Of a stretch of 64,000 bases of DNA, positions 8,207-17,323 are shown piece by piece. This stretch comes from an uncultured Bacilli bacterium (GTDB lineage: Bacteria; Bacillota_I; Bacilli_A; RF39; UBA660). The notes beneath the pieces are model-generated. The model was not told the origin of the DNA. It saw nothing but the letters and a program-made list of their open reading frames with translations, and searched no databases. The stretch spans positions 9,346 through 73,345 of the forward strand of contig CAJUMA010000001.1 in assembly GCA_910587065.1 (NCBI GenBank), in the 5' to 3' direction. The translations under genes were made by a program, and so were the position numbers. How positions within the stretch are numbered: the first letter of the stretch is position 1; each line of letters opens with the position of its first letter.

Positions 8207-9370
8207 CTAATTCTTTAAATTTAATTCAGTAGTTTTTTCTTTTCCATCTCTTAAATAAGTAATACGTACTTTATCACCTACTTTAGATTTAAATAAATAA
8301 TATTTTAAATGTTTAAAATCTGTTATTTCATAATTATCATATTTTATAATAACATCTCCAGCTTTTAAGCCTGCACGACTAGCATTTGAATCGTTCATTA
8401 CTTCAACTACTACTGCCCCATTTTTTACCTCATCAGGTAACTCAATATTATTTGCTTTTGCACCAGCAACATCAGTCATTGAAACTCCAAGAGTGGGCTT
8501 TTCACCACCATTATCTTTACCATTTTCAACATTTTCAGCAACCTCTAAAGCATCTTCTATAGGAATCGCAAATCCAATATTCTCAATACTAGTTTGAGAA
8601 TAAGATGAGGATAACTTACTATTGGTTATTCCTACTACTTGTCCATTACAATTAGCTAATGGACCGCCAGAGTTGCCTGAATTTATAGAAGCATCAATTT
8701 GTAAAAGTTTCATATACCATGTATCTGTACTCTTTTGATCACGATTACCGCCAAAGAAACTATAAACATCAGATGATGATGAGCTACTTTTCATCTCTAC
8801 TAGTCTATTTTTACCACTTAGTATTCCTCTCGTAACAGTAAAAGAATAATCTAGACTTACGGGAGTACCAATAGCGAATACCGTATCACCAACTCTTAAC
8901 TTTTCAGAGTCTCCTATTTCAGCTACTGCAAGAACACTTGATGCATCAATCTTAACTACAGCAACATCAGAAAACTCATCACTACCAATTAAAGTTCCAG
9001 GGGTAGAAACTCCATTACTCATTTCAACATCAATTGACTTAGAACCATCAATCACATGATGATTAGTTAGTACATAAGCAGCATTGTTTTCTCGTTTATA
9101 AACAAAGCCACTTCCCCAACCAGAGATACTTTTTCCATCTTTAGATACTTTTACAACAACTGTTGCATCATAAAGTTTTTCAACCGCATCAGCAATCCCT
9201 TCATCAGTCACAGTAACCTCTTTAGAAACTTTTTCTTGAATCTTAGTTTGTGAATTAAAAATCTCATTTAAAGGCACATAATTTAAAACAACTGCAATTC
9301 CAGCAATTACAACAAGCACAATAATTGCAGTAACAACAAGCGCTTGAACTCCACTTTTTTTATTTTCCAT
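8207..9370 (-). CDS. htrA: HtrA/DegP-family serine protease with N-terminal TM anchor and C-terminal PDZ domain
   Basis: Catalytic triad context TNHHVI ... DVAVVKI ... GNSGGPL, with a PDZ-like domain GAVVVEVMNDSNASRAGLKAGDVII. Confidence 0.9.
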   Translation of the reverse strand: MENKKSGVQALVVTAIIVLVVIAGIAVVLNYVPLNEIFNSQTKIQEKVSKEVTVTDEGIADAVEKLYDATVVVKVSKDGKSISGWGSGFVYKRENNAAYVLTNHHVIDGSKSIDVEMSNGVSTPGTLIGSDEFSDVAVVKIDASSVLAVAEIGDSEKLRVGDTVFAIGTPVSLDYSFTVTRGILSGKNRLVEMKSSSSSSDVYSFFGGNRDQKSTDTWYMKLLQIDASINSGNSGGPLANCNGQVVGITNSKLSSSYSQTSIENIGFAIPIEDALEVAENVENGKDNGGEKPTLGVSMTDVAGAKANNIELPDEVKNGAVVVEVMNDSNASRAGLKAGDVIIKYDNYEITDFKHLKYYLFKSKVGDKVRITYLRDGKEKTTELNLKN

Positions 9371-9380
9371 AAATTTCCTC

Positions 9381-10310
9381 CTAATCTTCTAAAAGTGATT
9401 TATAGTTTATTGGAAATCCCATTCTATCATATACTTGATCAATTGAGATAACATTTAATTTACCGGACAGTTTATCAAGTTCATATGAAACTTCATTAAT
9501 AAACATTCTAAAATCATCTTTAGATAACATATATTTAAATATAATAACTACTGAAAATAAATCTCCTTTACCATAGATATATTCATCATTTATGAGTGGT
9601 ATATTAAGTTTTTCGTGATATTTATTATCAGGTATAAATTTTTGAGTGCGATGCTCAAATAAAATATCTTCATGTGCACACAAATTACGATAGTTTGATA
9701 ATATTGGTAAAAAAACTGCCAAGGCTTCATTATCAACATTAAATTCTTTAGCAATCTCCCTTTGATCAGACAATTTCATTATAGTATAAAGCTCACTAGT
9801 TATACCAAAAGACAAAACTTTAACAACAATCCATAATGGTATATATCCATAATTATTTATATAGTGTTTAGTTGCTTCGTGTTGTCCACCATTAACTCTT
9901 ATCTGTCTTTTCATTTTTTTTAAAAGATCATTAACTTGTCGTGCTCTCTCTGGTGCCTGGTTATAATTTGAAGGCCTTAAATAATCACTTTCTTTATAAC
10001 CATACTTTTGTGAAAGGGTATATGAAAATATACTTTTACAATTATTTTCAATTATTAAGATATTTTTAAACATTATATTTCTAAGCTGTCTATCAAAGTA
10101 GAAAAGTGAATATAATTCTTTAAATGTCGTTCCAGTTCTAAACTGTTTTGGATTTTCGGGATTCATAAATAAATGCCTATAACCCATTAAAAAGAAATAA
10201 TTCTCTCTCAAAATTATATCCTTGGTATAAGACACATCATCTATGACCAAACCTTTAGCATCTAAAATTTGGATTTGCTCATCTAAAGTTTTAAATATCT
10301 TAGTCCCCAT
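9381..10310 (-). CDS. Abi_2 family (AbiD/AbiF-like) abortive-infection protein
   Basis: N-terminus FKTLDEQIQILDAKGLVIDD..., then ENYFFLMGYRHLF, YGYIPLWIVVKVLSFG and YRNLCAHEDILFEH. This is the typical Abi_2 motif series. Confidence 0.7.
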   Translation of the reverse strand: MGTKIFKTLDEQIQILDAKGLVIDDVSYTKDIILRENYFFLMGYRHLFMNPENPKQFRTGTTFKELYSLFYFDRQLRNIMFKNILIIENNCKSIFSYTLSQKYGYKESDYLRPSNYNQAPERARQVNDLLKKMKRQIRVNGGQHEATKHYINNYGYIPLWIVVKVLSFGITSELYTIMKLSDQREIAKEFNVDNEALAVFLPILSNYRNLCAHEDILFEHRTQKFIPDNKYHEKLNIPLINDEYIYGKGDLFSVVIIFKYMLSKDDFRMFINEVSYELDKLSGKLNVISIDQVYDRMGFPINYKSLLED

Positions 10311-10395
10311 ATTTTATTCACCTATTATTGATTTTACCACATCTCACACTAAAAATATATAACTTAAATATGAAATAATCATGAAAAAAGAAAGC

Positions 10396-10776
10396 TTATG
10401 CTGCTTTTCCTTCATCATTTACTAATGTTAAATTCTTGTTTTTTGTTAATTCATCACTAATACTAGTCGCTTTATTTTGTATATCTTGTTCTGATGGCAC
10501 AGTATAACTATTATTAATATAATCTGTTAAAGCTTCTTTATATTCCTTAAGTCTAACTACTTGTCCTTTTAATCTAGTCAAAAAATCTACAGCAAGCCTT
10601 GCATTTCCTGAAGCAACAATTTCTTTAATAGACATTTCACAAAACGAATTAAATATTCTATCACAATTGCTACATAGTTTTTCAAAAACTGATGTGTTAG
10701 ACTTAGTAATTAATTTTTCTAAAACTAAATCTACTCCATCCAATTCTTTAAGAAGCAACTCTATTTCATTTTTCAC
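10396..10776 (-). CDS. hypothetical helical protein (126 aa)
   Basis: An ORF with coding-like composition, 85 nt upstream of the Abi_2 gene. No motif recognised. Confidence 0.5.
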   Translation of the reverse strand: MKNEIELLLKELDGVDLVLEKLITKSNTSVFEKLCSNCDRIFNSFCEMSIKEIVASGNARLAVDFLTRLKGQVVRLKEYKEALTDYINNSYTVPSEQDIQNKATSISDELTKNKNLTLVNDEGKAA

Positions 10777-10939
10777 TTTATCACCTTCTATTTATATTAT
10801 TATAGCAATTTCTTAAAGATTAATAAGTATATGCTTAATAATTTGGCATTTGTTTTACAAAAGAAAAAAGTTTATTTTTCTAGCATAATATTTAAATTGT
10901 CAAGTGTATTTTTTGTAATTTTTTACATAAAAAATAGGT

Positions 10940-11398
10940 TTATTTAAAACCTAAATCTTTTACTAATTTATTCATAAGTTTTTCTTGATCTTTTGGCGAT
11001 TCAATAACAATATAAGAGTCTTCAATCCAACCAACAAAGTAATATTTAGTATCATCAGTAACAACTAAATAAGTCCAGTTATCTCCACCATCAGTACTTT
11101 TTTTATAATCACTTGCCGCCCTATTATAAACATTCTTACATTCATCTAAAAATATTCCTTGAATATCATATTTCTTATCACCCTTAACATAATTAGCCTT
11201 TGCTTCACCCTTAATACCATATAATGCTCTACTTGCATAACCAACTTGTTCTGTTGAATCATAAACATCAAACTTAGCTTCTTCTAAAATACTTTGAATC
11301 TCACTTGGATCTTTTGACTCTTTAGTCCCTGCACAACCACACAATAATAAAGGCACTATCAAAACTAATAATAATTTCTTAAATAATTTCATAAACAT
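10940..11398 (-). CDS. putative lipoprotein
   Basis: Signal peptide with a lipobox-like LLLCGC-AG. Confidence 0.6.
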   Translation of the reverse strand: MFMKLFKKLLLVLIVPLLLCGCAGTKESKDPSEIQSILEEAKFDVYDSTEQVGYASRALYGIKGEAKANYVKGDKKYDIQGIFLDECKNVYNRAASDYKKSTDGGDNWTYLVVTDDTKYYFVGWIEDSYIVIESPKDQEKLMNKLVKDLGFK

Positions 11399-11406
11399 CT
11401 TCCTAA

Positions 11407-12240
11407 CTAAAAAGATTTTCTATTGACCACATCATAAGTATCACATATCGCAATAAAAGCATTTTGATCAATTATCTTTATTCCTTCTTTTAATTTAAAA
11501 TAATCCTTAGTATCAATAACGGTCAATAATATTTGATTTTTCTTTTTTGTAAAACCACCCTTAACATCTAGGACAGTTAACTCATATTTTAAATCATGAA
11601 TGATATAATGTCTAACTTCTTTCTCTTTACTTGTAATAATGTAAAACATTTTCGAATCGTTTATACCGAACCTTGTTTTGGTAATCATATATTTTGAAAT
11701 AAATATAATCACAGTCGAATAAAGTGTAATTTGATAACCTAATATAAACAATGAAATAGCAAGTAATATGACATCTAATAACCATGAATATATTTTACTA
11801 TGAAACTTTGTAACTTTTCCAAACATTTCTTCAAGAAGAAAAACGACACTTGCTGATAATCCTTGTTTATAAATAAATGAATAGCCAAAGCCTGTAAGAA
11901 ATCCAACAACTATTATAACTAACAAAGTCTCTGGCAACTCAATAACATAAAAAGAAGTTAAAAACGAGAATAAGTAAACAAATATAGGTATTAGAAGTGA
12001 AGGTAACAAATACTCTTTAATTATTTTTTTATCTAAAAATAAAGAAGATAAAAAAATTCCAAGAAGATTTAAAACGAAAATATTTATACCTACATTTATT
12101 CCATTTATATAGTATAAAAGCGTAGCAAAACCATTAATACCAAACGTAAGTAAATTATTTGGTATTATGATAAAATCTATTGCAAAAGCAATAAGAGCAC
12201 AACCAAATATCACATTTAAATATTTAATTATTTTTTTCAT
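11407..12240 (-). CDS. YitT-family membrane protein (DUF2179 C-terminal domain)
   Basis: Five or six TM helices followed by a soluble C-terminal domain ..LTVLDVKGGFTKKKNQILLTVI..AFIAICDTYDV. Its start overlaps the prfB stop by 17 nt. Confidence 0.7.
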   Translation of the reverse strand: MKKIIKYLNVIFGCALIAFAIDFIIIPNNLLTFGINGFATLLYYINGINVGINIFVLNLLGIFLSSLFLDKKIIKEYLLPSLLIPIFVYLFSFLTSFYVIELPETLLVIIVVGFLTGFGYSFIYKQGLSASVVFLLEEMFGKVTKFHSKIYSWLLDVILLAISLFILGYQITLYSTVIIFISKYMITKTRFGINDSKMFYIITSKEKEVRHYIIHDLKYELTVLDVKGGFTKKKNQILLTVIDTKDYFKLKEGIKIIDQNAFIAICDTYDVVNRKSF

Positions 12241-13337
12241 TTAATCCCTTCATTCTTAAAACTGATTCTATAAACGGATAGATATCTCCATCCAAAACTT
12301 TTTGATAATTACTTGTTTCATAATTACTTCTTAAATCTTTTACTAAACTATAAGGTTCTAAGACATAATTTCTAATTTGACTACCAAAATCAATATTGGC
12401 ATTTCCTTTTAAACTATTTATTTCTTTATTACGAGCTTCTACTTCCATTATTTTAAGTTTATTTCTTAATATACTTAAAGCAATCTCTTTATTCTTAAGT
12501 TGACTTCTCTCATTTTGAACAGTTATAACTATACCAGTTGGTATATGCGTAACTCTAACAGCTGAATCTGTTGTATTAACTCCCTGCCCACCATTTCCAC
12601 TACTTCTGTAAACATCAATTCGAATATCACTGTCATTAATAACGACATCTGTTACACTTTCTAACTCTGGAGTAACATTTACTGCTGCAAAAGATGTCTG
12701 TCTTTTACCCGCTGCATTGAAAGGAGATATTCTAACTAACCTATGAACACCTATCTCATTTTTTAAATATCCATAAGCATAATCACCAGTTACATATACC
12801 AAAACACTTTTAATTCCTGCTTCTTCACCTAAAGACTTTTCAACGACATTATATTTAAAACCAAATTTTTCAAAAAACATAGTATACATTCTTAAAAGCA
12901 TATTTGCCCAATCTTGAGCTTCAGTACCACCTGCTCCTGGATGTATTTCTAAATAACAATTATTACAATCAAACTCCCCATTTAAAAGAGTATTTATTTC
13001 ATAATTCGAAATCTTTTCTTTAATCTTAATTAAATCTTTTTCTAATCCTTCAATTAATTCTAAATCATTTTCCATTTTTATTAGTTCAATTAATTCTAAA
13101 CTATTTTTTATTGAGCCAATTATACTATTATATTCATCAATGATTTTACTTAAATTAGCTAGCTCTTTATTAACATTATTTGCATATCCTTGATTGCTCC
13201 AAAAATCAGGTTCGTTAGTAATACTTTCTAACTCTTTTCTCCTCTTTATTTTCGCATCTAAGTCAAAGTGACCTCCCAATAACTTCAATTGTTTTGTTCA
13301 ATTCGTTATAACCATTTTCTAATTCGTTAATATTCAT
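12224..13337 (-). CDS. prfB: peptide chain release factor 2, requires programmed +1 frameshift
   Basis: SPF motif (RISPFNAAGKRQTSFA) and GGQ motif (SGNGGQGVNTTDSAV). ORF0 is ATG 13337 plus 24 codons (MNINELENGYNELNKTIEVIGRSL) ending at an in-frame TGA. The main body continues in the +1 frame. Confidence 0.95.
13262..13277 (-). promoter_or_regulatory. RF2 autoregulatory +1 frameshift site
   Basis: The minus strand reads GGGAGG TCA CTT TGA C. This is an internal SD-like element, a 3-nt spacer, then the CUU UGA C slippery/stop context, the same geometry as E. coli and B. subtilis prfB. Confidence 0.9.
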
Positions 13338-13638
13338 AAGTATCACCCAACAATATTTTATCATGCCACTAAAAAAAGAGAAAGAAAAAATCACTTAAGT
13401 GGTTATCTTCTTTCTAACATTCTAACTCTTTCTTCAAAATATTTATAATATTTATCTTTTTTTAATTAGTCTTTTTGAAATCTATTGATTCACCAATATT
13501 TAACTGAAGTTTAGAAAAAAGTTTATAAGAACCTTTCATTCCAAATGAAACAAGTAAAAACTTACCTAATAAAGCAATCTTTGGTACTCCCAATTTATAT
13601 GAGTTTGTTCACTTTAGCAAGTACTTCTTTATTCATTT

Positions 13639-14235
13639 TTATTTCCTTTCAAATAGACTTTTATCTACTCCACACTTTGGGCACTTAAAATCATTAGGTA
13701 AAGTATCACCATAATAAACATATCCACATATAGTACAAACCCATGCTGTACGACCATCTTCAGTTGTAGCTTTAACAAGTTCATCTTTATGGTTTTGATA
13801 ATAATTATAACTCATTGCTTCTTCATCACGAAACTTATCTGCTTCAATTAGTTTGCCAATGAATAAAGTATGTGTATCATTTTCTATTCTGTCAACTATT
13901 TCGCAAACCATATATCCTAAGCTATTTTTTATAATTGGAACTCCGGCGTCTTCAAACATATCAATATTTTCATATTTATTAATATCACGCATTGAGTTAA
14001 GTCCAAACGTTTTTATTAAGTTTCCATCTTCTGACATACCTAAAATAGAAAGAGCAAACTTGTCATTTTTATGAAGTAATTCATTAGTATAATTGCTTTT
14101 CATAACTGCAACACTAATTAAAGGATTATCTCCGCCACTTATTTGAGAAACTGCATCAACAATGCAACCGCCGCCGCTAGTTGTAAGTACATACAATCCT
14201 TGAGTAATACTTCTTGTTATTTTTTTATTTTTCAC
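13639..14235 (-). CDS. flavin reductase-like domain fused to a C-terminal rubredoxin
   Basis: Flavin_Reduct-like N-terminus ([21 protein letters not shown]) plus the rubredoxin knuckles [10 protein letters not shown]...FKCPKCG. Confidence 0.75.
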   Translation of the reverse strand: MKNKKITRSITQGLYVLTTSGGGCIVDAVSQISGGDNPLISVAVMKSNYTNELLHKNDKFALSILGMSEDGNLIKTFGLNSMRDINKYENIDMFEDAGVPIIKNSLGYMVCEIVDRIENDTHTLFIGKLIEADKFRDEEAMSYNYYQNHKDELVKATTEDGRTAWVCTICGYVYYGDTLPNDFKCPKCGVDKSLFERK

Positions 14236-14238
14236 AAA

Positions 14239-14706
14239 TCATCTTCCTTTTTTTATATTATTTGTTTCTAACTTTTTATCAAGCATTTGTAAAAATTTTA
14301 AATATAAATCTTCATTTGGACAATTATATTCATCATAACTCATAAAGACTTTAGATTCTAAACTTAATATTGCAACTTTTTCTTGCCTAATAATATCCTC
14401 ATTATCTAAACACCAATCTCTTTGCCAGTCTGTAATAACTTCAGGCATAAATATTGTATTAGTCTCATCAATATTAAATACTAAATACCCTAGATATGAC
14501 AAGTATTTTGCCATTACATATGCTGGCGGATATTTATATCCATCAATTTCTAAACCATGATCTTTCATATATTTTCCTAAGGGACCTGAATGTCTTTCTT
14601 CTTCCCCATACTCATCAAATCCCAAAGTTTTATTTAAAATTTCTTCATCGGTCTTTGGTGGAATAACAATAGCTCTTCTAACAACAGTTATTTCTAATTC
14701 TTCCAT
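14239..14706 (-). CDS. hypothetical protein (155 aa)
   Basis: ORF only. It lies 3 nt upstream of the flavin reductase gene. Confidence 0.5.
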   Translation of the reverse strand: MEELEITVVRRAIVIPPKTDEEILNKTLGFDEYGEEERHSGPLGKYMKDHGLEIDGYKYPPAYVMAKYLSYLGYLVFNIDETNTIFMPEVITDWQRDWCLDNEDIIRQEKVAILSLESKVFMSYDEYNCPNEDLYLKFLQMLDKKLETNNIKKGR

Positions 14707-14736
14707 ACTACCACCTTAAGTTTATTATACTACATA

Positions 14737-15570
14737 TCAAGAATAAAAAGAATCTATTGACAAAGAATTTGTTAAGTTTTCTTTCTGTACTTCTACAACA
14801 CCTTCTTCATCAACATTCATAATCCACCTTACTAATCTAATTGATGCATGCTCTAATTCTAACGCTGTTATACCATTAGGATGTACACAAGATCCATCAT
14901 TAAAATATTTGTGTTCAAAATTCTCTGGTAATATTGGACGATGCGTATGACCAGCAATTATAATCTTCTTATTTTTGCCCGTCCACTTAACTAATTTTTT
15001 TTCAACATTTTTTGATAACTTATAATTTTTAGCTGCACTCGTTGGATCATTAATTCCAAAACCTTCAACATTCTTCCATACATAACGAACTAAAAAACGA
15101 GATAAACGCCAAAACGTACTATTTAATAAATCCACCTGGTGACCATGTATTAAGAATAATTCTTTTCCATCATAGTTTAAAACTACTGATTCGTAAATAT
15201 CCAAGTCTTTTAAAATATCACCATAATAATTATTCTTTCTTAATTTTTCAATATCATGATTTCCCGAAAGCATTATTAATCTTTTTTCTTTATTAAAATT
15301 TTCAAGTAACTTATATGTTGATTTGTGCCCCTCAATTATACTCTTTATATCCTTTACTTCCCAGAGTTCATCTCCATCTCCTAACTCAATATAAGTAAAA
15401 TTATTTTTTAAATAATATTTTAAAGCACCATTATAGATAGTTTCATTTTTTAAGAAATTATCTTCATTATTACCTTCACCCCTATGACAATCACTCATAA
15501 TAACGAGTTTCGTTTTTCTATCTATATTTATTCTTCTAGAGGATAAAAATAATTTATCAATTCTTTTCAT
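14737..15570 (-). CDS. calcineurin-like metallophosphoesterase
   Basis: Motifs VIMSDCHRG, GDGDELWE, SGNHD, IHGHQ and AGHTHRP. Confidence 0.8.
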   Translation of the reverse strand: MKRIDKLFLSSRRINIDRKTKLVIMSDCHRGEGNNEDNFLKNETIYNGALKYYLKNNFTYIELGDGDELWEVKDIKSIIEGHKSTYKLLENFNKEKRLIMLSGNHDIEKLRKNNYYGDILKDLDIYESVVLNYDGKELFLIHGHQVDLLNSTFWRLSRFLVRYVWKNVEGFGINDPTSAAKNYKLSKNVEKKLVKWTGKNKKIIIAGHTHRPILPENFEHKYFNDGSCVHPNGITALELEHASIRLVRWIMNVDEEGVVEVQKENLTNSLSIDSFYS

Positions 15571-16414
15571 TTAAATCACCAAAAATATTTTCTACTAAAT
15601 CAGAAACTAAAATATAATTTCCACTTTTAGAATCATCAATACCATTACGTTCAATATTTTTATCAAAATAGTCTTGATATAGACACACATTAATTTTATT
15701 TCTTTTTTGAACAAAATAGTCACTTAGAAAATTTCTTGTCCAAACTCGTTTTGATTTTGGACTTTGAAAGCAAAAAATAAAGGTATTATCTATTACATTA
15801 TATTCACAACTATAGTGATTTAATTTTTTAAAACTCTCTAAGAAAGCATCCAAGAATTCTTTATCAGGAAATGTTATACATATATCCATCTTTAAATCTT
15901 TTGGATCAGAAAACATTCCTAATTTAAAAGCAGCTAACCACCAATTAGTATCAGATACTTCTATAATCTTTTCACCATTTTTATATAATATAAAACTCAT
16001 ACTTAAAAGATTCTCACTAGCTCCATAGATTGTTTTTTTAGACACTTCTTTATCTTTAGTTCGATAAATTCCTATTTCTGCTCCTGTTGTTATACCATAC
16101 TGACCTTTCCAAAACGATATTAAATAATTATAATCTTTATATTTAAAATAGACTCTTTCTGTATCAATTATTATACTAGCAAATGGAGCAAGCAAATCAT
16201 ACGTATATCCATAACCAAATACCCTTTGCCATGAATTATTTAAAGGAATGAAAGCATCCTTTTTATAGTCATATTTAAATCCAACAAAAGTTAAACCATC
16301 ATAAGAAATACTTCCATACTTTTTAACTAATATATACACAATTAATTTTGTAATAACATAAACAAAATAAATTGTTAATAAACATATAAGTATAAACATA
16401 TTATCACTTCCCAA
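15557..16414 (-). CDS. hypothetical membrane-anchored protein (285 aa)
   Basis: N-terminal TM helix. Overlaps the start of the phosphoesterase gene by 14 nt, so the two are likely co-transcribed. Confidence 0.55.
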   Translation of the reverse strand: MGSDNMFILICLLTIYFVYVITKLIVYILVKKYGSISYDGLTFVGFKYDYKKDAFIPLNNSWQRVFGYGYTYDLLAPFASIIIDTERVYFKYKDYNYLISFWKGQYGITTGAEIGIYRTKDKEVSKKTIYGASENLLSMSFILYKNGEKIIEVSDTNWWLAAFKLGMFSDPKDLKMDICITFPDKEFLDAFLESFKKLNHYSCEYNVIDNTFIFCFQSPKSKRVWTRNFLSDYFVQKRNKINVCLYQDYFDKNIERNGIDDSKSGNYILVSDLVENIFGDLNEKN

Positions 16415-16450
16415 TATATAATATGTTTAAATACTTATCGTGTTTAGGAC

Positions 16451-16475
16451 AAAAAAAGATGATATTAATCATCTT
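16451..16475 (-). terminator. intrinsic terminator after the cls remnant
   Basis: On the minus strand: AAGATGAT, loop TAAT, ATCATCTT, followed by TTTTTTT. Confidence 0.5.
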
Positions 16476-16900
16476 ACATAAGTGGTGTAAATAATCTTAA
16501 AACAACTTGCCAAAGTCCCTTAAATATATTAGGTGTAACTCCTTTCTTTGTTAACTTATGACTATCCTTAAAAGTAGCTAAGAAATCATTCTTAATATCA
16601 TTAATTAAATATACCCCACATTAACTGTCAAAGTATAAACTTGTTTTTATCTAGAATTCCTGAAATAACAATTCGAACATCAACACCTCTTTTTGCAGCG
16701 AAGATTAAAGCATTAGTCATGTCTGAGTCCATTATTAAATATGGTGTCATTATATATAAATGAATATCTTCACCAATAACTTCATCATCCAAAGGTGTTT
16801 ATCCATAAGGAACAGTATACCCATTTTTCTTAATACTTTAAGAAAAATTGTATCTATAATCATTAAAGTTCTTATCAACATTTCTATATGAATTCCACAT
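16474..16900 (-). pseudogene. cardiolipin synthase / PLD-family gene remnant (C-terminal half, several frame breaks and stops)
   Basis: The minus strand reads ..MTPYLIMDSDMTNALIFAAKRGVDVRIVISGILDKNKFILWQL.., then in another frame ..GVYLINDIKNDFLATFKDSHKLTKKGVTPNIFKGLWQVVLRLFTPLM*. This is a typical Cls C-terminus, but no intact ORF remains. Confidence 0.6.
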
Positions 16901-17010
16901 TGTTAAACAGTAAAATTGAAGACTGCATCACCAACTATTTTAATGGCCTAAATGTTCCTAATAATAAGCAAAATATATCACGCACTACAAAGTGTGTTTT
17001 TATTTTCATC

Positions 17011-17036
17011 AAAAAAACGGATAACATAATCCGTTT
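17011..17036 (-). terminator. intrinsic terminator of the Cys-rich small ORF
   Basis: On the minus strand: AAACGGA, loop TTATGTTA, TCCGTTT, followed by TTTT. It begins 3 nt after the stop codon. Confidence 0.7.
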
Positions 17037-17039
17037 AAA

Positions 17040-17204
17040 CTACTCAGTTGGTTCTGTTTCAGAATCACATTCACAATTTTCACAATTGCATTCTTCGCCT
17101 TCTTGGCATTCGCAATGACATTCACCTTCACATGTACACTCCATGCCTTCTTGGCATCCACATTCACATTCTTCAGTGCAATCACATTTCTTTTCTTCGT
17201 TCAT
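17040..17204 (-). CDS. 54-aa cysteine/glutamate-rich, metallothionein-like small protein (not in ORF track)
   Basis: GAAAGGAGGATAAAA-ATG starts the ORF. It translates to MNEEKKCDCTEECECGCQEGMECTCEGECHCECQEGEECNCENCECDSETEPTE*, with 14 Cys and 18 Glu. There is an internal repeat CxCxCQEGxECxCE, and the ORF has its own terminator. Confidence 0.65.
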   Translation of the reverse strand: MNEEKKCDCTEECECGCQEGMECTCEGECHCECQEGEECNCENCECDSETEPTE

Positions 17205-17323
17205 TTTTATCCTCCTTTCTTTTACTCATTTTCATTATAAATGATTAATAACAAAAAAGTAAATATCTGAGTATTTTTTTCGACAAAATATTACAAAAAA
17301 AGAGAGAAGATTAACTTCCCTTT

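Noticed and set aside
13392-13401. 10-bp perfect palindrome CACTTAAGTG upstream of prfB
   Set aside because: It is too short and isolated to call an operator or terminator, and is expected by chance in 64 kb.
13400-13636. Small ORF starting at ATG 13636 with a GAAAGGAAAT RBS (MNKEVLAKVNKLI*), continuing in another frame (LGVPKIALLGKFLLVSFGMKGSYKLF...)
   Set aside because: It is probably a frameshifted remnant downstream of the flavin reductase gene. There is no family assignment and the open segments are very short, so it is recorded only as a sign of decay.
16888-17248. Two + strand track ORFs (16888-17118 and 17048-17248)
   Set aside because: Both are antisense to the strongly supported minus-strand Cys-rich ORF and its terminator. 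They have no RBS, and their odd His/Ser/Gln-rich translation simply mirrors the TGY-GAA codon repeats.
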